This document shows positions 12,059 to 25,080 of a stretch of 64,000 bases of DNA, one piece after another (the stretch's first letter is position 1; each line of letters starts with the position of its first letter). The stretch is from Octopus vulgaris. Taxonomy: Eukaryota. The translations under genes and the position numbers were made by a program. The DNA is taken from contig OX597827.1 in assembly GCA_951406725.2 (NCBI GenBank), forward strand, positions 20,646,001 through 20,710,000, in the 5' to 3' direction. The notes below the pieces were generated by a model, which saw only the letters and a list, made by a program, of their open reading frames with translations, did no database searches and was not told where the DNA came from.

Positions 12059-13278
12059 TTAGGTTGGCAAGAAAGTAATTTCGGTTTTTTAATGTGAAGT
12101 AAAAGTCATTTTTTCATACAAAGAATGAACTTGAATCAATTATATATTTTCCATTTTGTTCGATGATCTTTTGCCATCATTCTAACAACATCATGATTCT
12201 GCACTCATTGACCTTCTGACCCTTATCAGCCAAAAACTGAAGCAAGTGTGATTTTAGGTCGTCATCATTATTAAAAGTTTAACCTTTCAAAGAATTTTGC
12301 AAACTTCAAAATAAATGGTAATCTGAAAGTGACATCACTTCCCAACCAAGCTCCAATGATTTTTCGCAAGTTAGCAAAGACATGTGTGGTCTAGCGTTAT
12401 AATTGTGGAACATGATTCCTTTATGATTTGCTGATTCTAGCTGTTTTTCTTTTATTGCTTCCTCCAGTTTCATTAGTTGTTGACAGTAAACATCTGAATT
12501 GATTGCTTGGTTCCTTAGAAGCAGCTCAAAATACACAACACCTTTGTAATCTTACCAAATTGACAGCATGGCCTCTTTTGATGCAGTTCAGCTTTTGATG
12601 TGGTTTGTGCTGTTATTGTAGACAATCCATTTTTCATCACCAATGATGATTCGTTTAAAAAAATAGGTTGATTCCATTGTGTTTGAGATGCATATTGCAA
12701 ATATTGATTCGTTGTGTTAAGTGAATCTCTTTCAGTTTATGTGGAACTCAAATATCGAGCTTCTTAATGAGTCAAAGTCATTTTAAGTGATTTTCAATTG
12801 TTATGTGTGATACATTTAACCTCTCTGCAATCTCTCGCACAGTTATATGACAATCAGATTCAATTATGGCTTTGATTTGGTCATCATCAACTTCGGGAGG
12901 TTGACCAAAATATTAGTCATCATTGAGTGAAAAATTTCCAGAAGGGAATTTTTTAAAACCATTTCTGACATGAGCATTCTGTTCAGCAATCAACATCATA
13001 AACTTCACATATCACTTTGTGAGGCTCAGCACCTTTCTTGCCTTAACAGAAATAAAAAAAAAAGAAGCAAAATATGGCGAAAATGTTTGTTTTTGCATTC
13101 CATGTTAAAATTGGCACTGAACTAACAGCTGTAAACAAAATTACGTACAATTTGCTTTTAAAGTAAGCTAAAAGTAATGACCATCAAATGTCAAGAGGAA
13201 AAATCATAACATTGACAAAAGTAATTTAAAAAATCGTAACTATCTACTTGCGAAAAACGAAATTAGTTTCTTGCCAAC

Positions 13279-13282
<4 letters not shown>
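12059..13282 (-). mobile_element. mariner transposon, decayed
   Basis: TIRs TTAGGTTGGCAAGAAAGTAATTTCG / CGAAATTAGTTTCTTGCCAACCCAA. Fragment YFELLLRNQAINSDVYCQQLMKL...HNYNARPH...LGWEVM..SDYHLF. Confidence 0.9.
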
Positions 13283-13333
<51 letters not shown>

Positions 13334-13334
<1 letters not shown>

Positions 13335-13507
13335 TACACTCGCGGAGTGGTTGGCGTTAGGAAGGGCATCCAGGTGTAGAAACACTGCTAGATCAGACTG
13401 GAGCCTGGTGCAGCCTCCTGGCTTCCCAGACCCCGATCGAACCGTCTAACCCGTGCTAGCGCAGAAAACGGACATTAAACGATGATGATGATGATGATGA
13501 TGATGAT
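13334..13507 (+). mobile_element. SINE-like family A, 5'-truncated
   Basis: Same 3' body and (GAT)n tail. Confidence 0.85.
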
Positions 13508-13530
13508 ATATATATATATATATATTTATA

Positions 13531-15045
<1,515 letters not shown>

Positions 15046-15047
15046 TG

Positions 15048-16244
15048 ACATCTCATTTTAAAAGATATATTTACCAAAATTACATAAAAATATCGTGAAA
15101 TACTAAAGAGTACATTGGCTTCAACCAGGGCCTCCAGACGATTTCGGAATCTCCTGCAACTCTTCTGGACGGTCTCCTTGTTTAAGTTGGTGAATGCTGC
15201 CATAATCCTTGCCTTCAGTTCATCTTTGGTTTTACAAGGACTTTTTTTGGTCTAACACTCAACTGCGCCCCACACATAATAATCAAGAGAGCTGCAGTGT
15301 GGGGAGTTAAGTGGTCTGATGTTAGAGTGATGTGGTCGCAGAAATTGTTTAACAGTTATAACTGGGTTCTCCTGCTTGTGTGGCATGGTGCAGAGTCCTG
15401 TTGCTAGACATAGGGTCTTCCAGCAGTCACCCTCATGATCCAGGGCAACACTACCTCCTTCAGGCACTTGATGTAGGTCTCTGTGTCGAGTTTGAGGCCA
15501 TGTGGGAATACGAATGGAGGCATAATGTCGCCATCACTAGTGATCACTCTAAACACTATGATATTGACTGGATGTTTGATTTTTATCACTTTTGGTACAT
15601 GTTTTGGGGACATGGCAAGCCAACGGTTGTTCTGGCAGAGATTTTTCTTGTAAAGCCAAAGCATGTTTTGTTGGAGGGGATGCTTGCATTTGTTCAAAAG
15701 CTTCGTAGCATGGTCTTTCCTCTTGTCCTTGATGGCTTGGGATAAAAATTGGCCCTTTCTCATCTTGTATGAGGAATACTGAACGTCTTCATGCATTACC
15801 TGCGTGATAAGAAACTCAGACACTGCAATGTTCCTGGCGATGGGCCTGACTGACTTGGAGGGATTGTTGTCCATCATGGCCTGGATCTCACCAACAGATT
15901 CAGGAGTTCTTTTCTTATCGGAATGATCAGAGTGAGTTTTCCCAGCTGCCATACCTTCATAATCACCATTAGATTCATCCAACTCTATCTGAATTCTCTG
16001 CACTGTACTCAGATTGACACCCAAACACTCTGAAATGTTCGCATTGGAGCTTCCGGCATGAATGTCAAGCAGTACAGCATGTCATTTCCAAATTTCTGGC
16101 AGAGAGAACTGCATCATGGTGCTGTTTTTTTTCACAGATGGTGCCCAACTGACCCTACTATACTGTGTAGTTGAAAAATCAAAAACAATGCACATATGCA
16201 AAATTAAAAATGTAAGATGGCAACAATTTGTCCATCGCACCCAG
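15048..16244 (-). mobile_element. maT-type (DD37D) transposon, decayed, copy 2 (3' TIR lost)
   Basis: The 206-aa ORF 15404-16024 is near-identical to the copy 1 protein. The 5' TIR ends at 16244 and the 3' end abuts a SINE-like repeat at 15045. Confidence 0.9.
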
Positions 16245-16805
16245 TGTGTGTGTGTGATTGCAAGCTTGTGTTTGAGTATTTCCATCACCTGATCGAAAGT
16301 CTCACACATGCAAGGGCTACGACCAGCCATCTTTGTGCTAGGTCTTTTTTTCTTTCTTCAAATGATACCTGTGCATAATGATTTTTTATAGAGGGAAAAG
16401 GATTTTCACAAAGCCAATCCCACTCCCTGAACATGGACAAAATAAACTCAAAAAGAAGAACTAGTCTACATCAACGGTTATTGTCAGTGTCGCAGGTTTT
16501 CTCAGAGTTTTCCTCTCCTTGACAAATGTTATGACAAGAAGAGAGAGTCCTCCCACTTCCGGTGGGCCAACCATGTGCCTGGACACTAACCCAGGTATTT
16601 TCACACATGCATATTGTTGGATAGCCATTGACTGCTCTTGAGCCCTTCTCCCCTTTGACAGGTCTTATTTTTCGTCCTGCACGGTGTCCAACAAGTACCC
16701 TCCTCACCAATCAAGCTTGATAGGGTTGCCAATTTAGTCACCGATGACCCAACCATGCAGCAGGTTGTACTGGGTTACATATTACCAGTAGCATTCAAGA
16801 GCGAC

Positions 16806-17255
16806 ATCATCATCATCATCATCATCATCATTTAACGTCCGTTCTCCATGCTAGCATGGGTTGGACGGTTCGACCCGGGATCTGGGAAGCCAGAAGGCTG
16901 CACCAGGCTCCAGTCTTTTCTGGCAATGTTTCTACAGCTGGATGCCCTTCCTAACGCCAACCACTCCATGAGTGTAGTGGGTGCTTTTTACGTGCCACCT
17001 GCACTGGAGCCAGGCGAGGCTGGCATCGGCCATGGTTGGATTGGTGCATTTTACGTGCCACCTGCACGGAAGCCAGTCGAGGCAGCACTGGCTTCGGCCA
17101 CGATTCGGATGGTGCTTTTGATGTGCCACCTACACGGAAGCCAGTCGAGGCGGCGCTGGCATCGGCCACGATTCGGATAGTGCTTTTTACGTACCACCAG
17201 TCCAGGGGTCCTGGCATCTGCCAGGTGCCAGTCATAGGATTGGTTCAATTTCGAT
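16806..17255 (-). mobile_element. SINE-like family A (variant subfamily) with internal tandem units
   Basis: Reverse-complement body plus repeated GGAAGCCAGTCGAGGC...CGGCCACGATTCGGAT units. Confidence 0.85.
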
Positions 17256-18589
17256 TCCCATTTCGACCTGACATAATATATATGTATATATATATGAAGA
17301 AGGGAACATTGAATTTTTGGAATAATAGATCTATGGACCCTACTTAGTCAGTAGTGCCGCTTCCTATGTGTTGTAAGTTCTACTCAATCAGAATTACACA
17401 CCAACAACTACCAGAATATTTTTTTTTACTTGTTATATTCTTATCAGGATTATGGAATCAGTCCACTAAAACCTTAAACTCTGGCTCATCATTTGATGGT
17501 ACTACCAACTCCATCTCCTCTAATTGGTAATTAGATTAATTACATACTTGTTACATTGCTTGGAAACACACAACATACCTAGCGAAATTGAATCATCAGA
17601 CTCCCTAATCTGTTAGAAATATGAGTTGAAAAGTTGCAGCTCTGCTGATGACACTTCTTCTTAGATTATTTATGGAAGGACTTTTAAAATAATTAAATAA
17701 AAGAAAGAACTTGCAAAATTGAAGAAAAAAAAATTATGAAAAAAATCTGTAAATAAGAATTATTTTGCAAAGGATTGGTAAGATGATCCCTCAAACTTGA
17801 CTCACATCATGTTTTTAGATAAATTTCTAATATATCCTCGTTCGTCGATGCCCAAAATCTAATTTGATTACTTTCACTGCTACAAACAATCAAATCAAAA
17901 TCAAGGAAATTGGAAATTTTAATGCTTTACATTAGGATTTACATTTCAACAACAACAAGAGCAACAATCCAAAAGAAAGGAAGAAAATTTGGTCTTCTTA
18001 CTGGTTTCGGCAAAACTTTGAGCGTCAACTGGGCATTTTCCAACTGGTGATTGCTCTGTGTCAGTAACTGTACACCTACAAGAGAATGGTTAGATCTGAG
18101 AGTGTTGGTTGGTAGTATTAGTGCTAAGATTTGTTTCAAATTTTTGCACAAGGTCAGTTGTTTTGGAAGAAGGCTCAACTGGTACTTTTTTTATCAACCC
18201 CCAAATGGACAAACGGCAAAAACAGCTTCAGGAGAATTTGAACTCTGAACATGAAAATGGACAAAATGCTGCTAGGCATTTCATCTGGCATGCTAACGGT
18301 CTTGCCAGTTTGCTGCTTACTGCAATGGTGATTATATTACTCTAGTGAGATGAGATTTGCATGGATGGTTGGATGGAGATGTGAAGTTCAGTTGGAGGTG
18401 TGGGTCAGAAAGGATTTTTTTATCCCTGTTAAAATGGCAAAAATTGATAAAGGGTCAAGGTAATAATGGTCAGCAAGTTTAGGACACTGAAGAGGTTTTC
18501 TCTGTTGACTCATTTAAAAAAAATATTTTTTAATATTTTTATGAAGAAAAGTACTGACACCACAAAAAAGGCACCCAATACACTCAGTA

Positions 18590-18850
18590 AAGTTGTTGGC
18601 ATGAGGAAGAGAACCCTGCTGCAGGGACCATACAAAAGCTACAGACATGCAGCTCAGGTCAGGAAAAACAAGCGTTATGAGATGCCACTCGAAGACTGTA
18701 AAGAATCTGGCTGGAGTGCAGTACACTTTCCTGTAGAAGTTGGATGGAGGGGTTTTATTGGAACCAGATTGAGACAGTGCCTGCTGTCATTTGGGTGTCA
18801 AACATTGGTGAGCAAATGCCACCTTGAAATAGATCCAGAGAGGAGATGAT
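18590..18850 (+). mobile_element. Fragment of the restriction-like endonuclease domain of an RLE-type (HERO/NeSL/R2-like) non-LTR retrotransposon
   Basis: RKNKRYEMPLEDCKESGWSAVHFPVEVGWRGFIG matches the K..RY..L...C...GW.....PVEVG.RGF motif of the RLE C-terminus. Confidence 0.75.
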
Positions 18851-19955
18851 CCTGAAATGGACTTAAGATTGAATACTAGTCAGTCAAACCAGTAAGTGGG
18901 GCCTCCATGAGCATGGGGCAATCAGTGTGTTGTAAAACTTTTGAGAGGAAAGTCCTCCCTACTGGTATTTAATATGCAAAGTTTTCGACTGACTATGTCT
19001 GCACAAGCAAACCGTTTCCAAGTCTCTCCATGTTGCTATGGATATTTATTTGTTCATTTGTTTTTGATCCATTTCCCCACACAAGCATGGGTTAGAGGAA
19101 TATATTACTGAGGCTTTAATTTGCAGCCAGATGTCCTTGCTGTTGCTGGCTCTTGTCTGTATTTTCAAGTGAGGGATCTCCTATGTCACATATCCTCAAA
19201 GGTATTAAATGAGTGGATTTGTTGACAGAAGTGACAGCATCTGTATTGTTTGTAATTTGTGACTTAAATACACTGCAAATGTAAACACACACATAAACCC
19301 CTACACACAAACACAAACTCACACACACACACACACAGATGCATTAAGTGATCAAATGGCAGAGTCATTTGAGCTGAGCAGAGGTTGTTTTGCAATAATT
19401 TTTCTGGCTTTCTGTATTCTGAGCATCCCATCAAGGTTAACTTTGCCTTTCATCCTTTGGGAATTGAAAAATAGAGTACTTCTCATGTACTGGGATCAAT
19501 TCTCTCTCTTTCCCTTTCTGGAAAAAAATCAGCTGTGTTCAGACATAGTGAAGAGTAGGTCTGCCAGATCTGAAGAGGAAAAGAAGGAAGGCAAAAACAT
19601 GCTGTGTGTCACAGTGGCCTACTAGCAACTCCACATGGAGTTGTGGGCCTAAAGCAGGGTGATGTGTGTGTGTGTGTGTGTATTCTGTAAATAATAATTT
19701 TTAAGCTTAAAGCTTGTAAGTGAATACCATATTTTGGCTAAAAAAATTTATCTAATATTGGTGCATAAATGCCCTCGATGTTAAAAATGTGGGTTGCATC
19801 AAGGGCTTCTATGCCCCAATATTTGACTATTTTTTTTAGCCAATTTACGGTAATCACTTATAAGCTTAAAGCTTATAATTATTATTTACACAACTGTCAT
19901 TCATCATCACTTCTCCATTTAGTGCAGAAAATGCATGTGTATGTATGTATGTATA

Positions 19956-19987
<32 letters not shown>

Positions 19988-20051
19988 CACACACACACAC
20001 CAACTACAAATATAGTTTCTTGGTGTTATTTGTTCTAAATTAACTATCATA

Positions 20052-20525
20052 CTCTTTTACTTGTTTCAGTTGTTTGACTGCGGCCATGCTGGAGCACCGC
20101 CTTTAGTCGAGCAAATCGACCCCAGGGCTTATTCTTTGTAAGCCTAGTACTTATTCTATTGGTCTCTTTTGTCAAATCGCTAAGTTACGGGGACGCAAAC
20201 ATACCAGCATCGGTTGTCAAGTGATGTTGGGGGGACAAACACAGGAACACAGGCATACACACACACATATATATATACACACATACATATATACGACGAG
20301 CTACTTTCAGTGTGTGTGTGTGTTCTTGTGTGTCTGTTTGTACCCACCCAGCATTGCTTGACAACCGATGCTGGTGTGTTTACGTCCCCGCAACTTAGCG
20401 GTTCAGCAAAAGAGACTGATAGAATAAGTACTAGGCTTACAAAGAATAAGTCCTGGGGTCGATTCACTCGACTAAAGGCGGTGCTCCAGCATGGCCACGG
20501 TTAAATGACTGAAACAATTAAAAGG
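20052..20525. mobile_element. Two family B SINE 3' halves in inverted orientation
   Basis: 20052-~20220 is the near-perfect reverse complement of ~20358-20522. Confidence 0.85.
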
Positions 20526-20710
20526 GTTAACCAACAATAAGATCCATATCAGAATTTTAATAAAAAAAAAGTTAAGAGTTTGAAACCAGCTGTTCCCTGA
20601 AATATATTGGTGAAAACACAACTTAATTGTAAAACTGACATTTCAGGCAGAAGGGAAGACACAAAATAGGTGAGGTGATCACTGCTGTGTGAAAGTGAAA
20701 ACAAACTCAC

Positions 20711-20895
20711 CTTTATGATGTTTATAAAGAAGTACAGCCTCATTGTTACGCAGCGGGTAGGCTATATCCGTTATGTAACTGCCCCCATGTTCCTGACCAT
20801 TGAAGTACTCCAGAAGTTGACTCTTGTCGAAGTTCTCTGGAATGTTTGATACATGCACCTCCATACCTCCACATACACTGCACATTTTGCAGCCA
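20711..20895 (-). CDS. Exon of a host gene encoding an RRM-like domain (PARP14/PARP10/NMI-IFI35-type N-terminal domain)
   Basis: Acceptor TTTTCTCATTGCAG| at 20896 and a perfect donor AAAG|GTGAGT at 20710. Open frame (G)CKMCSVCGGMEVHVSNIPENFDKSQLLEYFNGQEHGGSYITDIAYPLRNNEAVLLYKHHK resembles the 'V.VSNIP....L..YF....GG.....A.V.F' pattern of PARP14/NID RRM-like domains. The ATG at 20885 has AAAATG context and may be the start codon. Confidence 0.7.
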
Positions 20896-21418
20896 CTGCA
20901 ATGAGAAAACAGAGAAAAGGTGTAAGTTGGAGAGAGAGAGAGAGCAAGATAGAGAGAGAGCGAGAGAGAGAGAGAGCGAGAGAGAGAGAGAGATGGTAAA
21001 AGAAATCAAATAAACCCAACAAGAAATTACACACACACACACATGATAACATATGATTAATACCACTGACCAGCATCTTGGCCATTTATTTTTTTTCTTT
21101 CTTTAGCCTCCAGTTGACCAACAGTCTGTGTATGGTATTTGATATCAGAAATGTGTGTGTGTGTGGTCATCCCTCAGAGTTGAAGATGATTGTTCATCAG
21201 GTTTAACTTCTCTTGCACCTATATAGCACAGACCAATGTAAGATCCACAAGTCTAGTGCTGGATCAGGTATTTGTTGTCTGTGAGGTTCCTTCATATTGC
21301 TTTCTACACAAACATTTATCAGTGAACCTTTGGGTTTGTTGACCTCCATCACAAACACTTCACCTACACTAGTTTTGGTTATTCTCAATTGTGGGAAACA
21401 CTGAGGATACAATTTTAT

Positions 21419-21807
21419 TATGGGACTGTCACATTGAGTTGACAGTATATGACCACTATATCGCTCCACCACCGCTCATGTCTCTCTGAGACATTTAGAA
21501 ATTCAATATTTCTCATTTTGGTGATCAGTAAATAAATTTTACTGAAAATAGCATATATTTGCGAAGGGGTTGCAGTCATCTCAGCGAGCGAGACAGGCTA
21601 CCCTGAACTGACGACGAGCAATAGACTCAGAAACATATGTCTTCAGGTGCTTAGTCCCAGCTGGCAGGGGTGATTGCCTCCCCATTGCAAATATAAGGAC
21701 ACAGAAAATGTGTCAAAGCCGACAGGAGATGTTTCCTAGGGCTAAATGGCGGTGTTGTAATTCCCTTACTGGACTGTCATATTGAGCTGACAGTATGCGA
21801 CCACTAT
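21419..21807 (+). mobile_element. Retrozyme-like / Penelope-related non-autonomous retroelement (348-nt monomer plus ~38-bp terminal redundancy)
   Basis: Direct repeat GGACTGTCA(C/T)ATTGAG(T/C)TGACAGTAT..GACCACTATA at 21423 and 21771. Central hammerhead. Flanking ACTGAGGATACA(A/G)TTT(T/C)AT duplication at 21400-21418 and 21808-21826 splits an RTE fragment. Confidence 0.7.
21602..21647 (+). ncRNA. Type I (minimal) hammerhead ribozyme
   Basis: Stem I CCTGAA(21602-07)/TTCAGG(21642-47) is a perfect 6 bp. Core CTGACGA, stem II C-GAG-caataga-CTC-A (imperfect first pair), GAAA, palindromic stem III CATATG, cleavage triplet GTC (after 21641). Confidence 0.75.
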
Positions 21808-22146
21808 ACTGAGGATACAGTTTCATAAGTTACCTTCAAGTATGTCTTTACACTATTTTCTCTGTCCTCTTGATTTGGCTTTTATTCAAACTGATATTGT
21901 GGAAATGATGCCTTCGTAACATGAGATATTCTTTCCTCTATTCTGTCACTGAATGGATGTGATTTTTCTCAGACATCTCTGCTGATATATTCCCAGTTTA
22001 TGGAGATGTTGTCTAGACCTTGTCCAAATTTCAAAACCATGAATGAGGACACAGCAGTAACTCTATACACCACACACTTAGTTGTATCATGTCATCATTT
22101 TTATACATCATTTTATGCACCCATCTTCTTGGAAATATATATTGAT

Positions 22147-22190
<44 letters not shown>

Positions 22191-22419
22191 ACACACACAC
22201 ACACAAAGAGACATTGATATACAAACATATATTAATGTTTAATTATATCATTCCTTGTTTTAAATCCATAAATCATTGCCAAAGGAATTAGACATAAATT
22301 TCCAACAGAATTCTTTAGAATAATGACAACTTGACAGTGAACATTTTGGAGAGTTTTACCTAATTTACCAGAATTCTACCCTAAGAAAAAGTAAAACACT
22401 AAATTCATAGTTTTCAGAC

Positions 22420-22505
22420 ACTGTGCCACAGTGCACTGATGTTTCACAGTGTGCTGATGTGCCTCAGTGTGCTGATATGTCACAGTGTACAAATGTGCCA
22501 CAAGG
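22420..22505. repeat. Degenerate 19-bp tandem repeat
   Basis: CACAGTGTGCTGATGTGC(C/T)-like unit, about 4 copies. Confidence 0.65.
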
Positions 22506-22661
22506 ACATGTAGCTAGACTTCAAATTTTTTAAAATATAATTTAAGATTTTTGAAAATCTATATAAATGAATTTATATAATTCTTTTCTAAAATTTTAAC
22601 TGTAAAATAGTATTTTTAAAAATCTTTCCACGTGGACCAGTGAAGTATTTTTTTCATCTCT

Positions 22662-22938
22662 TGGTGTGCAAGGTGACACGTAAAAAACAAACAAAAAAAC
22701 ATGATTTTTTCATGACTGTTGCCAGTACCGCCTGACTGACCCTCGTGCCGGTGGCACGTAAAAGCACCCACTACACTTTCGGAGTGGTTGGCGTTAGGAA
22801 GGGCATCCAGCCATAGAAACTCTGCCAGATCATGATTGGAGCCTGGTGCAGCCATCTGGTTCGCCAGTCCTCAGTCAAATCGTCCAACCCATGCTAGCAT
22901 GGAAAGCGGATGTTAAACGATGATGATGATGATGATGA
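22662..22938 (+). mobile_element. SINE-like family A
   Basis: Same body and tail. Confidence 0.85.
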
Positions 22939-24859
22939 TTTCCACCACAAACTCAGATTGGCGGCCATTGCACTAAACTCAAAAAACTTCACTGAAAATT
23001 GTTAATATTGAGTTATATTTCATTATGATATATGTACGTATACACATATAGATTTACATGTACACCTGTACATTTACATATAAGAGACCAAAGTGTACGT
23101 ATGCCGCTATATTTCTATGAAAAGGAATACCAAAATTGAGACAAGAACGCAAAATAGACAGATGATACAAAAAAGGGACAACAAAATATCCAGACAGATG
23201 ATACAAAAAAAGAAGGATGAGTCATTTGGAGTTTTCTTTCCTCAGTCAAGTTCCAGATTATCTTTGTAATTTCGGCTAGTTATACTCGAAACTGCTCCAA
23301 TCTGGCCAGCCCCAAGGATAAACTAAGGTAAGAGCACTAGATTCCTTGGAAGAAAGCAGTGAATGTATACGAAAACAAGGATGGAAAAAATGGAGAAATG
23401 GTACACAAATACAAATGCAAATAAAGGACATTAACAACAGGTGACTTTCGACTAAGGATGAATTAAATTAAGCTGGTGTGTGTGAGAGTGAAACCTTACA
23501 GCAGGGACATAAGAGATGACAGGCATGGGGGGGGGGGGGATATAGATGTTGCACAGATTGTAGTTGAACCAAGAAAGAAAGGTCAGGATTGGCCAAACAC
23601 CGATCACTTGAAGAGAGATGAGAGAGGTAGATGCAGAGGGATAGAAGAATTAGGGAGGGACACATGCATATATTCACATGTACATATCATCATCATCATC
23701 ATACACACACACATATATATTTACTTATCCATGTATATATTTACATACACATATATATTTACATATAGACATATATTTACATATGCATGCACACACATAT
23801 ATCTGTACACACCAACTAATGGAAGAAGGACATCCAGCACGGAAGACAGGCATTAAATAATGAAGCTATCCATGCTAATATTTAAAGGAAATCATCTCAA
23901 TAAATCCATGCTTCCTCTTCCTCCTCCTACAAACATTGAAATTTCATTGGATGCATGGATGCACACCTGAATGCACAATCAACTTAATCTACTGTCTCAC
24001 GCATGTATACACACACACACACACACACACACACCAGTAATAAGAACACAAGATTAGGTCTTTAGTCTATTCTTGTGTATCTGTTTTACTGATTGTTTTT
24101 AATTCTTGCAGTATTTTCTATGCATGCATTTTTTTCCCCACCCCCAACACAGACTTGCACACATCTGCAACATGCACAATCAATTCTGCAAAATACATGT
24201 TTATTCACCTCAAATTAATTGTAATGAAAATTGATGAAGCAGTAAATTGCTATTTGTAAATCCCCATTCTTGCATCTGTGTGATTTATTCACTTCAACAC
24301 AAATCTATCATTAAAACACAAGAGACCTGTTTGGTGGTGTTGCCGTTGTTATTGAGGCATGGAGAATGAGTTACATAACATTTTGGGTAGAATTCATTAT
24401 ACTTATCAGGAATGGTATCTCTTGAATAATAAACTCACAACAAACAAACGTTCGATGTATGTTGATCTGCCCAAGCAGATATTTCTTTTCCTTACAACAA
24501 ACATATCTGCAGATCTCATTAACATGTTTACCATATTGACACTCAAAGATGGAATTAGATTAAATGGATTAAGCTTCAATCCTATAACCAACAGTGTATT
24601 GTAAGTATGGCCAAGGCACTGGATCTAGAACTGTAAAAAACTAACTACAAAGTAAGACCCCAGCTGCCTCCAATAGTCAGAGTCTTGTAAAATTGATGAG
24701 TGGTTCATAAACTTGTGATTATTTCAATTCCACTTTGGAATAAAACTCAGAGGGGGGCATGGATTCCATCAGGTTGATTTTCCCAATTTAAACAATATCT
24801 GTAGTAGGGACCCACCAATCTTTTTGTTTAAGGGTTTTGTCAATATTGTCCACACATTT

Positions 24860-25080
24860 TCTCACATATGCCCCTACAGATTCAACTGTGAGAACTAGAT
24901 CATCAGCATAAAGGAGTTCTCATAGACAGCCAGTCTGAAACTCCCCAGTGATGACTTATAAGACTATGATGAATAGGAAGGTGCTGAGGACTGAGTCTTG
25001 ATGGAATCGAAGACTCAGTTGTTGAGTCTCACTTCACCTACTACATCTTGCACAGCTCTCACAAGCCATTCATCAATGCC
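24860..25080 (-). mobile_element. RTE-type LINE reverse transcriptase fragment
   Basis: Minus strand gives EFQTGCL*ELLYADDLVL (YADD box), preceded by HQDSVLSTFLFIIV. Confidence 0.75.

Larger units (their letters stand above)
21165..22060 (-). mobile_element. Decayed RTE-1-like LINE 3' fragment, interrupted by the hammerhead element
   Basis: LIHGFEIWTRSRQHLHKLGIYQQRCLRKITSIQ resembles the RTE LLYGCETW...L..FHQRCLR.I motif. The sequence continues across the TSD towards 21165. Confidence 0.6.
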
